A DNA stretch of 64,000 nt from Alphaproteobacteria bacterium (GTDB lineage Bacteria; Pseudomonadota; Alphaproteobacteria; JBFXJJ01), in NCBI GenBank assembly GCA_050175015.1, contig JBFXJJ010000002.1, forward strand, positions 193,995 through 257,994, given 5' to 3'. The first letter of the stretch is position 1. Each line of letters begins with the position of its first letter. Below are positions 39,045 through 48,782 of the stretch, one piece after another. Under the pieces are notes generated by a model, which did no database searches, was not told the origin of the DNA, and was given only the letters and a program-made list of their open reading frames with translations. The position numbers and the translations under genes were made by a program.

Positions 39045-40493
39045 TTATTCGTCTTTTTTAGCTTTTGAAGACTTCTTTTTCGTTTCTTTATCTGCGTCGT
39101 CAGAAGCACCATCTTCAGCTTTTGCTTTTTTGGAAGCAGCTTTTTTAGCTGGTTTTTTAGCTTTGCTGTCTTTGTTAGCTTCTTCACCATAAAGTTCTTC
39201 AGGTGTTACCTTGTTTTCGGTAACTGAAATTTTTTCTAAAATAAAGTCAACAACTTTATCTTCAAAAATAGGAGCTCTAACAGCTTCTAACGCTTGAGGA
39301 TTCTTGCGATAATATTCAAAAATTGCTTTTTCTTGACCTGGGTATCTCATAGCTTCATTAAAAATAGCTTCAGACAAATCATTCTGAGATACTTCAATAT
39401 TATTGCTGTTGCCTATTTCAGAGAACAATAATCCAAGCATTACTCTTCTTTTCGCAATACCGCGATATTCTTCTTTAAGCTCGTCTTCACCTTTATTCTC
39501 ATCTTCAGGATCTAAATGTCCGTATTTCTTGGCTTGCTCATATTGCTGCCAGATGGAGGCAAATTCACCTTCAACCAAAGTCTCAGGAACATCAAAATCA
39601 TATTGATTAGCCAAAGCATCTAAAAGTTCTCTTTTAAGATTAGTTCTAGAAATCATATCATATTCGGTTTTAATACGATTTTTGATGGCTTCTTCCATAG
39701 CAGCTAAATTTTCATAGCCGATAGATTTTGCAAACTCATCATTAATTTCAGATTTTTTAGAAGCTCTGATTTCTTTAACGGTAACTTCAAAAACAGCATC
39801 TTTGCCAGCCAAATCTTTGCTGCGGTATTCTTTAGGGAATGTTACATTTACGCTTGTAGCTTCACCTGCTTTTTTACCAATAAGCTGATCTTCAAAACCT
39901 GGAATAAAAGTATTTGAACCAATTTCAAGATAATAGTCATCGCCTTTGCCACCATCGAAAGCAACGCCATCAACTCTACCTAAAAAGTCAATTACAGCAA
40001 TATCTCCGCTCTTAAGAACTCTATCATCTTCAACTTTCTCAGAACTTTTGCGGGTTTCTGCAATTCTTTCAACTGCTTTTTTAACATCTGCTTCAGGAAC
40101 ATCAGCAACTTTCTTTCCAATAGAAATACCTGTAAAATCTTTTACTTCAATTTCAGGAAGAACTTCTAAGTTAAGACCAAACTCTAAGTCTTGACCTTTT
40201 TTAGAAGAAACTATTTCGATTTTAGGCTGAACAGCTGGACGAAGATTTTGTTCTTTGATTACGTCTGTAGCACTGTCGCGTACTAAATCATCAAGAACTT
40301 CGATTCTAATAGAAGGTTCATAACGCTGTCTTAAAAGTCCTTCAGGAACTTTACCAACACGAAAACCTGGCAAACGAACTGTTTTAGCAACTTCTTTTAA
40401 ACGATTACTTATTTTTGATTCAATATCAGTTGCAGGCACAACAATTTTAAATTCTCTTTTAAGACCTTCAGCATTGGTTTCTTTTACTTTCAT
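39045..40493 (-). CDS. tig: Trigger factor
   Basis: LPGFRVGKVP signature, FKBP domain FIPGFEDQLIG; ATG at 40493; Lys/Ala-rich tail. Confidence 0.97.
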   Translation of the reverse strand: MKVKETNAEGLKREFKIVVPATDIESKISNRLKEVAKTVRLPGFRVGKVPEGLLRQRYEPSIRIEVLDDLVRDSATDVIKEQNLRPAVQPKIEIVSSKKGQDLEFGLNLEVLPEIEVKDFTGISIGKKVADVPEADVKKAVERIAETRKSSEKVEDDRVLKSGDIAVIDFLGRVDGVAFDGGKGDDYYLEIGSNTFIPGFEDQLIGKKAGEATSVNVTFPKEYRSKDLAGKDAVFEVTVKEIRASKKSEINDEFAKSIGYENLAAMEEAIKNRIKTEYDMISRTNLKRELLDALANQYDFDVPETLVEGEFASIWQQYEQAKKYGHLDPEDENKGEDELKEEYRGIAKRRVMLGLLFSEIGNSNNIEVSQNDLSEAIFNEAMRYPGQEKAIFEYYRKNPQALEAVRAPIFEDKVVDFILEKISVTENKVTPEELYGEEANKDSKAKKPAKKAASKKAKAEDGASDDADKETKKKSSKAKKDE

Positions 40494-40537
40494 AAGCTTT
40501 TTACCTACCATTAGAATTATTACAAAACTTTATAAAT

Positions 40538-40622
40538 TGGTGCGGACGAAGGGACTCGAACCCCCACAGCTCACGCCACCAGATCCTAAGTCTGGCGTGT
40601 CTACCAATTTCACCACGTCCGC
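40538..40622 (-). tRNA. tRNA-Leu (TAG)
   Basis: GCGGACGTGGTGAAATTGGTAGACACG...CT-TAG-GA...GTTCGAGTCCC...CGCACCA. Confidence 0.97.
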
Positions 40623-40730
40623 ACTTTGGCACTTAAAGCACCTTAAAACGCAAGTTTATATCACAGCTTTTATTATGATAACAAACAAAAAATAGCAGTT
40701 TTACAAAAAATGTTTATAAAAAACTCCTTT

Positions 40731-42227
40731 TTAGAGCCTTTTTAACTCATTTATGAGATCTTCAGCAATGAGGTTGTGGGCAATTTTTTGTGAAAGTTCG
40801 CCGTGAATCCACACTCCCAAAGATGCCGCTTCAAAAACATTCATACCTTGCGCAGCCAGTGATGAAATTATTCCAGCCAAAACATCTCCCGAACCAGCTG
40901 TTGCTAAAAAAGGAAGAGCGTTGCTATTAATAACTATTCTGCCGTCGTAACTGGCAATAATCGTATCAGCTCCTTTTAAAACCACATGGCACTTAAAATA
41001 TTGGGCTGCATATTCCGCCCTGCTAATTTTAGATTTAACATTAGCCAATTCAGGAAAAAGCCTTAAAAGCTCTCCTTCATGGGGAGTTATAACCGCGTTT
41101 TCATTTAAAATATGTTTCAAGTCATCTCGGCAGGTGGCAAAACTTGAAAGAGCATCAGCGTCTAAAACCAGCTTTTTTTTCGATTTGCCAATAGCCCTTA
41201 CCATATTTCTAGTTTGCTCAGATACACCCAAACCAGGTCCTGCCAAAATCACCTTATTCTTAGGGTTATTAACAATATCTTCTAGCTCATTCATTTCTTG
41301 ATATGACATAATAATATTTCCTGCATCGGACATCGCATAGATATTGTATGCCTCTTTAGGAACAGCAAGCGCGGTCAGACCAGCCCCAGCACGGCGAGCA
41401 GCTAACGATGCTAGCCTCGCTGCTCCCGTCATAGGATAGCCGCCCAAAGTTAACACCTGCCCCCTTTGGTATTTATGCACATCTGTGCCAAATTGTGCCT
41501 CTTGCCACAAATCTTTTGAATTTTCATAAATATAGGGTCTGGTTTGATTGACAGTTTCGTCATCAATATCAATATCGGCGACAACAACCTCACCGCATAA
41601 ATCTTTACTAGGACAAAGAATATGAGCAGGCTTTTTGCGGCAAAAAGTAACCGTCAATATTGCTTTGACGGCTATTCCTTCTAAAATTTCACCCGTGTCG
41701 CCAAGTACGCCACTTGGAACATCAACCGCAACACAGTTTAAGTTTTTTTCATTAACAGCAACCACAGCATCTTTAGCCGAACCTGTTAATGGCTTGGAAA
41801 GTCCTGCACCAAAAAGAGCGTCTATTATTATCGTAGAGTCTTTGTCAACATTATCAAGCACCAAGCTGTCTAGCGATTTTATCTCAACATTATATTTAGC
41901 AAGCATTGCCGCATTATATAATGAAGCTTCTTTTAGTTTTGTGCACTCTCCTAAAAGAAAAACTTCGACAGCATATCCCCAAGATTTCAAAATCCTAGCC
42001 GCGACCAAACCATCGCCGCCATTATTTCCTGGTCCGCATAAAACTATTATTTTCTTTTTGCCAAATCTTTTAAAAATTTCAGATGCCACCGCAAAACCTG
42101 CGTTTTCCATTAAAATTTTTACGGTTTTTCCTTTGGATTCACTCAAAGAATCTGCTAAATACATTTGAGACGTTGTAAAAATACTATATTTTATAGCTCT
42201 ATCCATCATAACTACTAAAAGCTCCAA
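40731..42227 (-). CDS. nnr: Bifunctional NAD(P)H-hydrate epimerase/dehydratase (YjeF)
   Basis: LMENAG, CGPGNNGGDG, DALFGAG, VDVPSG, HKYQRG, TPHEGE, LATAGSGDVLAG. Confidence 0.94.
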   Translation of the reverse strand: MELLVVMMDRAIKYSIFTTSQMYLADSLSESKGKTVKILMENAGFAVASEIFKRFGKKKIIVLCGPGNNGGDGLVAARILKSWGYAVEVFLLGECTKLKEASLYNAAMLAKYNVEIKSLDSLVLDNVDKDSTIIIDALFGAGLSKPLTGSAKDAVVAVNEKNLNCVAVDVPSGVLGDTGEILEGIAVKAILTVTFCRKKPAHILCPSKDLCGEVVVADIDIDDETVNQTRPYIYENSKDLWQEAQFGTDVHKYQRGQVLTLGGYPMTGAARLASLAARRAGAGLTALAVPKEAYNIYAMSDAGNIIMSYQEMNELEDIVNNPKNKVILAGPGLGVSEQTRNMVRAIGKSKKKLVLDADALSSFATCRDDLKHILNENAVITPHEGELLRLFPELANVKSKISRAEYAAQYFKCHVVLKGADTIIASYDGRIVINSNALPFLATAGSGDVLAGIISSLAAQGMNVFEAASLGVWIHGELSQKIAHNLIAEDLINELKRL

Positions 42228-42238
42228 GGCAAAAAATT

Positions 42239-42856
42239 ATGAAAAAAAATTCAGCATTTGACTATGAGATTATAAAAAAAGAAGTCGCATTTAAAGGCTA
42301 TTTTGAAGTTGACCGCTATTTTATTAAACACAGACTTAACAACGGCAATATGAGTGAGGTCTTTTCAAGAGAAATTTTTGAGCGGGGAAAAGCTGTCGGC
42401 GTCATACTTTACGATCCAGAAAGAGACAATATTGTATTAATAGAACAGTTTCGAGCAGGAGCAATGGCAGCAGGTTTTCACCCTTGGATTAATGAAACTG
42501 TCGCAGGCATCATTGAACCTGGGGAACCTGAAATTGAAGTTGCCCGCAGAGAAACCTTAGAAGAAGCTGGTTTAGACGTTTTAGAACTTACTCCTGTTTT
42601 GAAATTTTTATCCTCCCCTGGCGGCTGTTCTGAATCTATAAGCTTATTTTACGGCAGAGTAGATTCATCAAAAGCTCCTCAATTTGCAGGACTTGAAAGT
42701 GAGAATGAAGACATAAAAATAATTGTTATGCCGCTCAAAAAAGCGCTCTCTTTACTGAAAAAAAATCATTTTAAAGATGCCTTATCAATTATTTCAATGC
42801 AGTGGCTTGCCCTAAATCATAAAAAACTAAAGAAAACTTTTGTTAAAAATACTTAA
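42239..42856 (+). CDS. nudF: ADP-ribose pyrophosphatase (Nudix)
   Basis: LIEQFR, Nudix box GIIEPGEPEIEVARRETLEEAGL, SPGG, ENEDI. Confidence 0.88.
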   Translation: MKKNSAFDYEIIKKEVAFKGYFEVDRYFIKHRLNNGNMSEVFSREIFERGKAVGVILYDPERDNIVLIEQFRAGAMAAGFHPWINETVAGIIEPGEPEIEVARRETLEEAGLDVLELTPVLKFLSSPGGCSESISLFYGRVDSSKAPQFAGLESENEDIKIIVMPLKKALSLLKKNHFKDALSIISMQWLALNHKKLKKTFVKNT

Positions 42857-42986
42857 ATTATTAAGCATTAAAGAACGAATAAAAAAGGTTGCATCAACAA
42901 CTGGCATTGTTTATAAAATCAAACACTATATATTGTTTTCATTTGTTTAATTTAAACATTTGTAAATAAAGAAAAAAAATATTATA

Positions 42987-44462
42987 TTGGTTGTAACTGA
43001 ATTTATAAAATTTAAAGAAATGGATTTGAACAGGCAGAAAAAACAGCTATTACCAGCTAAAATTTGCGGAATTAGATTGCGCAAATGCGGGGCTGTTTTT
43101 GCTTTGTTAACCATTTTAAACGGCTGCGCTTTTATGGAAAGAATGAACAATTCTGAACATTTAGGTGGGTATAGCCGCAGTTCTATGAACAATCCTCTAA
43201 ATGAAAACTATAAAGCTGCCAACACCACAAGCACTGCTACCAACAATGCAATAATCTCTTTTGTAAAAGGAGATCTTGAGGACGCTGAAAAAAACATTCG
43301 AATCGCACTTGATGCTAACCCTAATGACCCTTATGCCCTTTTAATTGGCGGCATTGTTTATGAACAATTAGGACGCCCAAATAGAGCAAGACAACATTAT
43401 GAAGATTTAATGATTTCAGGAGCAGCCGATCCATCAATTTTATCTGGTTTTGTTATGCAGATGCCCAAGCCTATAGCCGAAACAGCTAAAGAGCGTATGA
43501 AAATGCTGGAGTTAACACAAGGTGGTTTAGTTTTACAAGATAAGCGTTCAGGAATTAACCAGTTTAATATGTCTGGACAACCGAATTCCAATAGTGTTCC
43601 TCAAAATTATAACCCTTATAATAACAATCAGTATACCAGCTCCCAACAGCCTCCATACCAAGAGATGCCTCAGCCTTTAGTTAATCTGAACAACAGCCCT
43701 CAGCCTCAGTATCCCTCATCGCTTTATAATCCAACAACAAACAACAATGAACAATTGTTAGGACAAAGCGTTGGTGATACCAATCTTCAGTTATTTACTG
43801 ACAGCGAACGTAATGCTGTAACCAGATTTGATATCTTCAAAAAACTTGCCGAGCAGGGACTTATAACTAAAGAAGAGTTCTATGTAAGAAGACAGGCTAA
43901 TATCGGAGCTCTGCTTCCTCAAACCAATGGCCCTCCATCTGTAGGCTTAGATCGTCCAGTGCCATCGGCTGAAATGATTGTTGAAAGACTTCGCTCTTTA
44001 AAAGAAGCTTTTGAAAAAAGAGCTATTACTGCCAAGGAACATTATTCTGAACGTGTTTTAATCCTTGATGCTTTGCTTCCTGCTGAACCTAAGCTCAGAG
44101 CGCAAACGCCGCCCCCTCCTAAAGATATGCTGGAAGGAGCTAGAGAGCTTAGAAAACTTGAGGTTCTACTCCGTATGGGATTAATCGCCCAAAGTGAAAA
44201 AGAGCAAGAGCAAAAAACGATTGAAAAAATTGTTAAGCTTGGTTTAAACCAACAAACTATCCCAACTTCAAATAAAGCAGTTGGAATGGTTTCGGAAAAA
44301 AAGAATAAACCTGAAAACAAAAAAGACTTTATTGCTGTTATCGGTTTAACTCCGCCATCAACGGAAGATGATACTGATAATTCTAACGAAAAAAAAAAGA
44401 GCCTTAGCGGTATAACAATCGCTTTAAACAAAACATTTGATAACAACAATAACTTTTTTTAA
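42987..44462 (+). CDS. Putative lipoprotein with TPR and SHOCT-like repeats
   Basis: Lipobox LNGC, TPR-like ALDANPNDPYALLIGGIVYEQLG, Q/N/P-rich linker, GLITKEEF / AITAKEH / GLIAQSE motifs; start may be ATG at 43020. Confidence 0.7.
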   Translation: MVVTEFIKFKEMDLNRQKKQLLPAKICGIRLRKCGAVFALLTILNGCAFMERMNNSEHLGGYSRSSMNNPLNENYKAANTTSTATNNAIISFVKGDLEDAEKNIRIALDANPNDPYALLIGGIVYEQLGRPNRARQHYEDLMISGAADPSILSGFVMQMPKPIAETAKERMKMLELTQGGLVLQDKRSGINQFNMSGQPNSNSVPQNYNPYNNNQYTSSQQPPYQEMPQPLVNLNNSPQPQYPSSLYNPTTNNNEQLLGQSVGDTNLQLFTDSERNAVTRFDIFKKLAEQGLITKEEFYVRRQANIGALLPQTNGPPSVGLDRPVPSAEMIVERLRSLKEAFEKRAITAKEHYSERVLILDALLPAEPKLRAQTPPPPKDMLEGARELRKLEVLLRMGLIAQSEKEQEQKTIEKIVKLGLNQQTIPTSNKAVGMVSEKKNKPENKKDFIAVIGLTPPSTEDDTDNSNEKKKSLSGITIALNKTFDNNNNFF

Positions 44463-44484
44463 ATACTTTTGAAAACTCCACAAA

Positions 44485-46071
44485 ATGATTGAAGATACTA
44501 TAAAAAAACGGCGCACTTTTGCTATTATTTCGCACCCTGACGCTGGCAAAACAACCCTTACCGAAAAACTTTTGCTTTTTGGCGGTGCAATCCAAATGGC
44601 AGGAATGGTTAAAGCCAAAAAAGATAACAGGCATGCCCGCTCTGACTGGTTAAAAGTAGAGCAGGAAAGAGGTATTTCTGTTGCCTCTTCCGTTATGACT
44701 TTTGAATATCGTGACTGCACATTCAACCTCCTTGACACCCCAGGACACGAAGACTTTTCAGAAGACACTTACCGAGTATTAACCGCAGTTGATTCTGCCG
44801 TTATGGTGATTGATGCCGCCAAGGGCATTGAGGAACAAACAAGAAAATTATTTGAAGTCTGCCGTTTAAGAAGTGTTCCGATTATTACCTTTATTAATAA
44901 ACTTGATAGAGAAGGCTTAGAACCTTTTGCTTTGCTTGATGATATTGAACAAAGCCTTGCTTTAGATGTGTCACCTGCCAGTTGGCCGCTTGGTATGGGC
45001 AGAGATTTTCTTGGCTGTTATGACATTGTAAAAGACCAACTGCTTCTAATGGATAAAACTGGAAGCAAAGGCAAAATCGGACAAACCATCTTCGAATGCC
45101 GCGGACTTGACGATAAAAAACTAGAAGAACAGCTTCCCAGCCACGTTGTTTCCAAACTTAGAGAAGAAATTGAAATGGCAAGAGGTTTATGCCAGCCCAT
45201 TTCAATAGAATCTTATCTCGAAGGCAATATGACCCCTGTATTCTTCGGCAGCGCCATCAATAACTTCGGTGTTAAAGAGCTTTTAGATAACCTTGTCGAA
45301 ATGGCGCCATATCCTAAAAGTCAAAAAACTTCAACCCGAGAAATAAAGCCCGATGAAGACAAAGTAAGTGGTTTTATCTTTAAAATTCAAGCCAATATGG
45401 ATCCTAAACATAGAGACCGTATTGCTTTTATGAGACTTTGCTCAGGGCATTTCAAACGTGGTATGAAACTTTTTCATACGAGAAGCAGCAAAGAAATCAA
45501 ACTGCAAAATCCTGTAATGTTTATGGCTAATGAACGTGAACTTGCAGAAGAGGCTTTTGCAGGAGATATTATTGGCATTCCTAATCACGGCAACCTTAGA
45601 ATCGGCGACACTTTAACCGAAGGTGAAAAAATCTCGTTTACAGGAATTCCCTGCTTTGCCCCTGAAATATTGCAGAAAGTTAGAGCCAAAGACCCTTTAA
45701 AAACCAAGCATCTTTCTAAAGCCCTGTTCCAAATAGCTGAAGAAGGCGGAGCAAGCGTCTTTAAATCGCTAATCGGTTCCGAATGGATTGTAGGTGTAGT
45801 CGGTAATCTTCAATTTGAAGTAATGTCTGATAGAATCCGCACTGAATACGATATCGATGTTATATTTGAGTCGTCTTCATTATACACTGCCCGCTGGATA
45901 ACTTCTGATGATGATGATGAATTGAAGAAATTTGTCAGTGAATACAAGCCCAATATCGCCGAAGACCACGATGATGCCTCTGTTTTTCTGGCACGCAATG
46001 CTTGGCACTTAGAACGTGCTGCGAAAGACTATCCTAAAATAAAATTTATGAAAGTTAAAGAGCAAGGATAA
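44485..46071 (+). CDS. prfC: Peptide chain release factor 3
   Basis: RRTFAIISHPDAGKTTLTEK, DTPGHEDFSEDTYR, FKIQANMDPKHRDR. Confidence 0.99.
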   Translation: MIEDTIKKRRTFAIISHPDAGKTTLTEKLLLFGGAIQMAGMVKAKKDNRHARSDWLKVEQERGISVASSVMTFEYRDCTFNLLDTPGHEDFSEDTYRVLTAVDSAVMVIDAAKGIEEQTRKLFEVCRLRSVPIITFINKLDREGLEPFALLDDIEQSLALDVSPASWPLGMGRDFLGCYDIVKDQLLLMDKTGSKGKIGQTIFECRGLDDKKLEEQLPSHVVSKLREEIEMARGLCQPISIESYLEGNMTPVFFGSAINNFGVKELLDNLVEMAPYPKSQKTSTREIKPDEDKVSGFIFKIQANMDPKHRDRIAFMRLCSGHFKRGMKLFHTRSSKEIKLQNPVMFMANERELAEEAFAGDIIGIPNHGNLRIGDTLTEGEKISFTGIPCFAPEILQKVRAKDPLKTKHLSKALFQIAEEGGASVFKSLIGSEWIVGVVGNLQFEVMSDRIRTEYDIDVIFESSSLYTARWITSDDDDELKKFVSEYKPNIAEDHDDASVFLARNAWHLERAAKDYPKIKFMKVKEQG

Positions 46072-46086
46072 TCTCTTGTCGATAGC

Positions 46087-46105
46087 ATAAAAAAATATTG
46101 ACAAA
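46087..46105 (+). repeat. 19-bp direct repeat copy 1, contains TTGACA (-35 box)
   Basis: ataaaaaaatattgacaaa, identical to 46510-46528. Confidence 0.8.
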
Positions 46106-46186
46106 AAAACACGTCTTATATACTTTGGGTTGTATATTTATACAACATCGTTGTGTTTTAAAATTTGATATCAGGGAACTATTGAG

Positions 46187-46513
46187 ATGACGGATAGAAA
46201 TGTTACATCTTTTAAAGAAAAAGGTAATTTAAAAGCTTTTGCTTGTGGCGTTGCTGAAGCAATAAAAGAAACTTCCCCAAAAGTAAAAACTGCAATTAAA
46301 GATGCCGCTGGAACAGGCTTAATATTAGGAGGAATGGCAGCAAGCGCGGCTGTTTTGGGAGCGGAAGGTTTTCCTATTTATATATTTGGCGCTGCTTGTG
46401 TTTTAGATCATTATATTAATAAAGAAAAAGACCAAAAAAATTCATCAGAAACAGACAACAGCACAAAAAATAAAATTACTAGCATTATTAAAAACTGTAA
46501 AAATAGACAATAA
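46187..46513 (+). CDS. Small hypothetical protein with hydrophobic Gly/Ala core; paralog of 46609..46977
   Basis: AGGGA RBS; N-terminus TDRNVTSFKEKGNLKAFACGVAEAIKETSP shared with next gene. Confidence 0.75.
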   Translation: MTDRNVTSFKEKGNLKAFACGVAEAIKETSPKVKTAIKDAAGTGLILGGMAASAAVLGAEGFPIYIFGAACVLDHYINKEKDQKNSSETDNSTKNKITSIIKNCKNRQ

Positions 46514-46528
46514 AAAAATATTGACAAA
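46510..46528 (+). repeat. 19-bp direct repeat copy 2, contains TTGACA (-35 box)
   Basis: ataaaaaaatattgacaaa overlapping the stop codon of 46187..46513. Confidence 0.8.
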
Positions 46529-46608
46529 TTTGGCTTTTACATATAAAAAGATATTAGCAACCTAGTTTTTGGTTAATTACTTAGACCAGATTTAAGGAGT
46601 ATGAAAAT

Positions 46609-46977
46609 ATGATAGAATATGGGTTTGATAATTCTTATGTTTATTCTGAGAAAAAAAGTAATATTACAGATAAAAAAGTAGCTGATTTTAAAGCAAAAGG
46701 TCCCTTAAAAGCTTTTGCTTGTGGCGTTGCAAAAACCATTAAAGAAATGTCACCTGAAAGCAGAGCTCTTTGTAAAGCTGCATCAGGATATTTAATAGCT
46801 GCGGGGAGTGCTATTGCCAGCGTTGCAACATCGAATCCTTTGTGTCTTTCAGGCGCAGCAATTGGAGGTTTGATGGCCATGGATGGGACAATCGAATCTC
46901 TATCCGAAAAAGGTATTTTAAGCTCTGTTAAATCCGGGATTAATAATATAATTGCTAAAGGTCGTGAAGCTAGATAA
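46609..46977 (+). CDS. Small hypothetical protein with hydrophobic Gly/Ala core; paralog of 46187..46513
   Basis: TAAGGAG RBS; TDKKVADFKAKGPLKAFACGVAKTIKEMSP; 26-bp identity 46705-46730 to 46229-46254. Confidence 0.75.
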   Translation: MIEYGFDNSYVYSEKKSNITDKKVADFKAKGPLKAFACGVAKTIKEMSPESRALCKAASGYLIAAGSAIASVATSNPLCLSGAAIGGLMAMDGTIESLSEKGILSSVKSGINNIIAKGREAR

Positions 46978-47074
46978 AACGCCTTGAAAAATAAAAAAAA
47001 TCTTGTTTTATTGAGACGTTAATATTATCTGTTAACGCCTCTTTTTTTAGTATAAAAAATAAGGACTTATTTAA

Positions 47075-47491
47075 ATGGTAAATATTTTTGGCAATTATTC
47101 TATTTTTACAAATGCCGATAATGAAATTATGGTAACAGTTTTGGAACAAAAAGGGGAACCTATTGAACCATGTATTCTTTACGATGGCGGAGACCATGCC
47201 ATTTTATACCGCTCACAAGAAAATGGCATGATCCTTGATTATATTGATGATGAAGTTAAAACCTTGATAAAAAAATCAAAGCAAATCTTAATTGCAGAAC
47301 TTCCAAACGCTGACGCTCAAGAACCGACAAGAAGTTACTTCGTTCCTGTTAAAGTTGTTTCAAAAATGCCTGATTTAAAGTCAGCATTACCGAATTTAAA
47401 CGATATTGAAAAAAATCCAGAAGCATTGAAGAGCTTAGCTCGAACTTTAGTAGATAATGGAATGGCAGCTTTTGCTGAAAATAAGAGCTAA
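47075..47491 (+). CDS. Hypothetical protein
   Basis: 138-aa ORF with AAGGA RBS and protein-like composition; no motif recognised. Confidence 0.65.
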   Translation: MVNIFGNYSIFTNADNEIMVTVLEQKGEPIEPCILYDGGDHAILYRSQENGMILDYIDDEVKTLIKKSKQILIAELPNADAQEPTRSYFVPVKVVSKMPDLKSALPNLNDIEKNPEALKSLARTLVDNGMAAFAENKS

Positions 47492-47534
47492 TAATAGTTA
47501 AAATAACTTTCCAATCAAACGTTTTAAAGAATTG

Positions 47535-47564
47535 TTAAATGGACTTTTTAAAAGGTCCATTTAA
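47535..47564. terminator. Hairpin between convergent genes
   Basis: ttaaatggactttt-ta-aaaggtccatttaa. Confidence 0.55.
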
Positions 47565-47669
47565 TCCATTAAAAGCATCTGCTCTGGTTATAACAGGTAG
47601 TTTTCACTTTTAAAAAAAGTAAAACTTTTTTGCGGCGTTATAAATAGATACAATTAAATGCCAAATACC

Positions 47670-48656
47670 CTAAAAGGCAAAATTAACATTAATTGAGCTG
47701 AATTTATCAGGATTCTGCTGTTTTTCAAACTCTTCGGTACGAAATACTTTGGTATAAGACAACCTAATATTTTTAAAGCCAAAAACAACTCCTGCCTGCA
47801 TATCTCCGACAAACAACTTTTTATCAACCGAACGACTATCCGTAAAAGTATTGCCATCAAGAAAAATATTACGCCCAACGCATTTACCATTAAAACCAGC
47901 AAAACCATAAAGCAAGAAACCATCTATAGGTTTAAAGAATGATGAACCAGGAAGACTAGGAGAAATTCTTGGGGGGCCATAATCAGACGGGAGATTTAAA
48001 CCAAACCTAAAAGTTCCACCAGCGCCGACATTAGTAAAAACATTTCCCAAACTTCCGCCAGCGTGAGGCATAAAGTCAGCTTCAAAACCAGCAAATTCTA
48101 AAGGAGACATAATTCGCCACATTCTTTCATAGGTAACCATTAAGCCTAACTCATCTTTTAACTGCGTATGCCACCCTCTAGGCGTTGGACTATCGCTAAT
48201 GTTTTTATGCACCCACTTTTGAGTTGCTCCAGCCTGTGATGCAGGACCTACCACGCCAACAGTAAATTCCAAGTTGTCCAATCTGTTCCCCGCATCGCTC
48301 ATAAGACCAGCGCTGGCATAAAGCCACCCTGCATAAGGTCTATCATCAAGAGGGGGGTTGTTAAGCTTAATATCAGAAGGCGTATAAATATTCTGCCCCA
48401 AAGCAAAACTGTATCTAGTCTTGCCTCCATCATCAAAAAACGGCACCTTATCTGCGGTATCAAGAAGCCATTTAGGAGCATCATTCTCACCGGAAACATA
48501 TGTTATCTTAGTACCATGAGTAAAATGTTTATCTGTACCAGAAATCATATCATTATCAGCTTCAATGTTAATATTACGGCGTTTATCCAAGGCTTCGCCA
48601 GCAAAAACAGCCGTAGAATTGAGTAATAAAAATAATGCTATTAAGTAGTTTTTCAT
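47670..48656 (-). CDS. lpxR: Lipid A 3-O-deacylase LpxR family outer-membrane beta-barrel
   Basis: Signal peptide, DND..SGTDKHFTHG, GQNIYTP, DRPYAGWLY, GVVGPAS, GWHTQL, RNIFLDGN, C-terminal Phe. Confidence 0.9.
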   Translation of the reverse strand: MKNYLIALFLLLNSTAVFAGEALDKRRNINIEADNDMISGTDKHFTHGTKITYVSGENDAPKWLLDTADKVPFFDDGGKTRYSFALGQNIYTPSDIKLNNPPLDDRPYAGWLYASAGLMSDAGNRLDNLEFTVGVVGPASQAGATQKWVHKNISDSPTPRGWHTQLKDELGLMVTYERMWRIMSPLEFAGFEADFMPHAGGSLGNVFTNVGAGGTFRFGLNLPSDYGPPRISPSLPGSSFFKPIDGFLLYGFAGFNGKCVGRNIFLDGNTFTDSRSVDKKLFVGDMQAGVVFGFKNIRLSYTKVFRTEEFEKQQNPDKFSSINVNFAF

Positions 48657-48782
48657 AAAACGGACATCTTTCCCAAAAAAATCAACAAATTATGAATAAT
48701 AATATATCAACTCATCACATTTGACGAAAGCTTTTAAACGTGGCAAAGTTTTATAGTCAAATTTATTCAAACGGAGAAAATT

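Noticed and set aside
39045-39180. Histone-like Lys/Ala-rich tail of trigger factor
   Set aside because: Such tails are common in alphaproteobacterial Tig proteins
41635-42168. 177-aa antisense ORF inside nnr
   Set aside because: Fully antisense to a well-supported gene; typical shadow ORF
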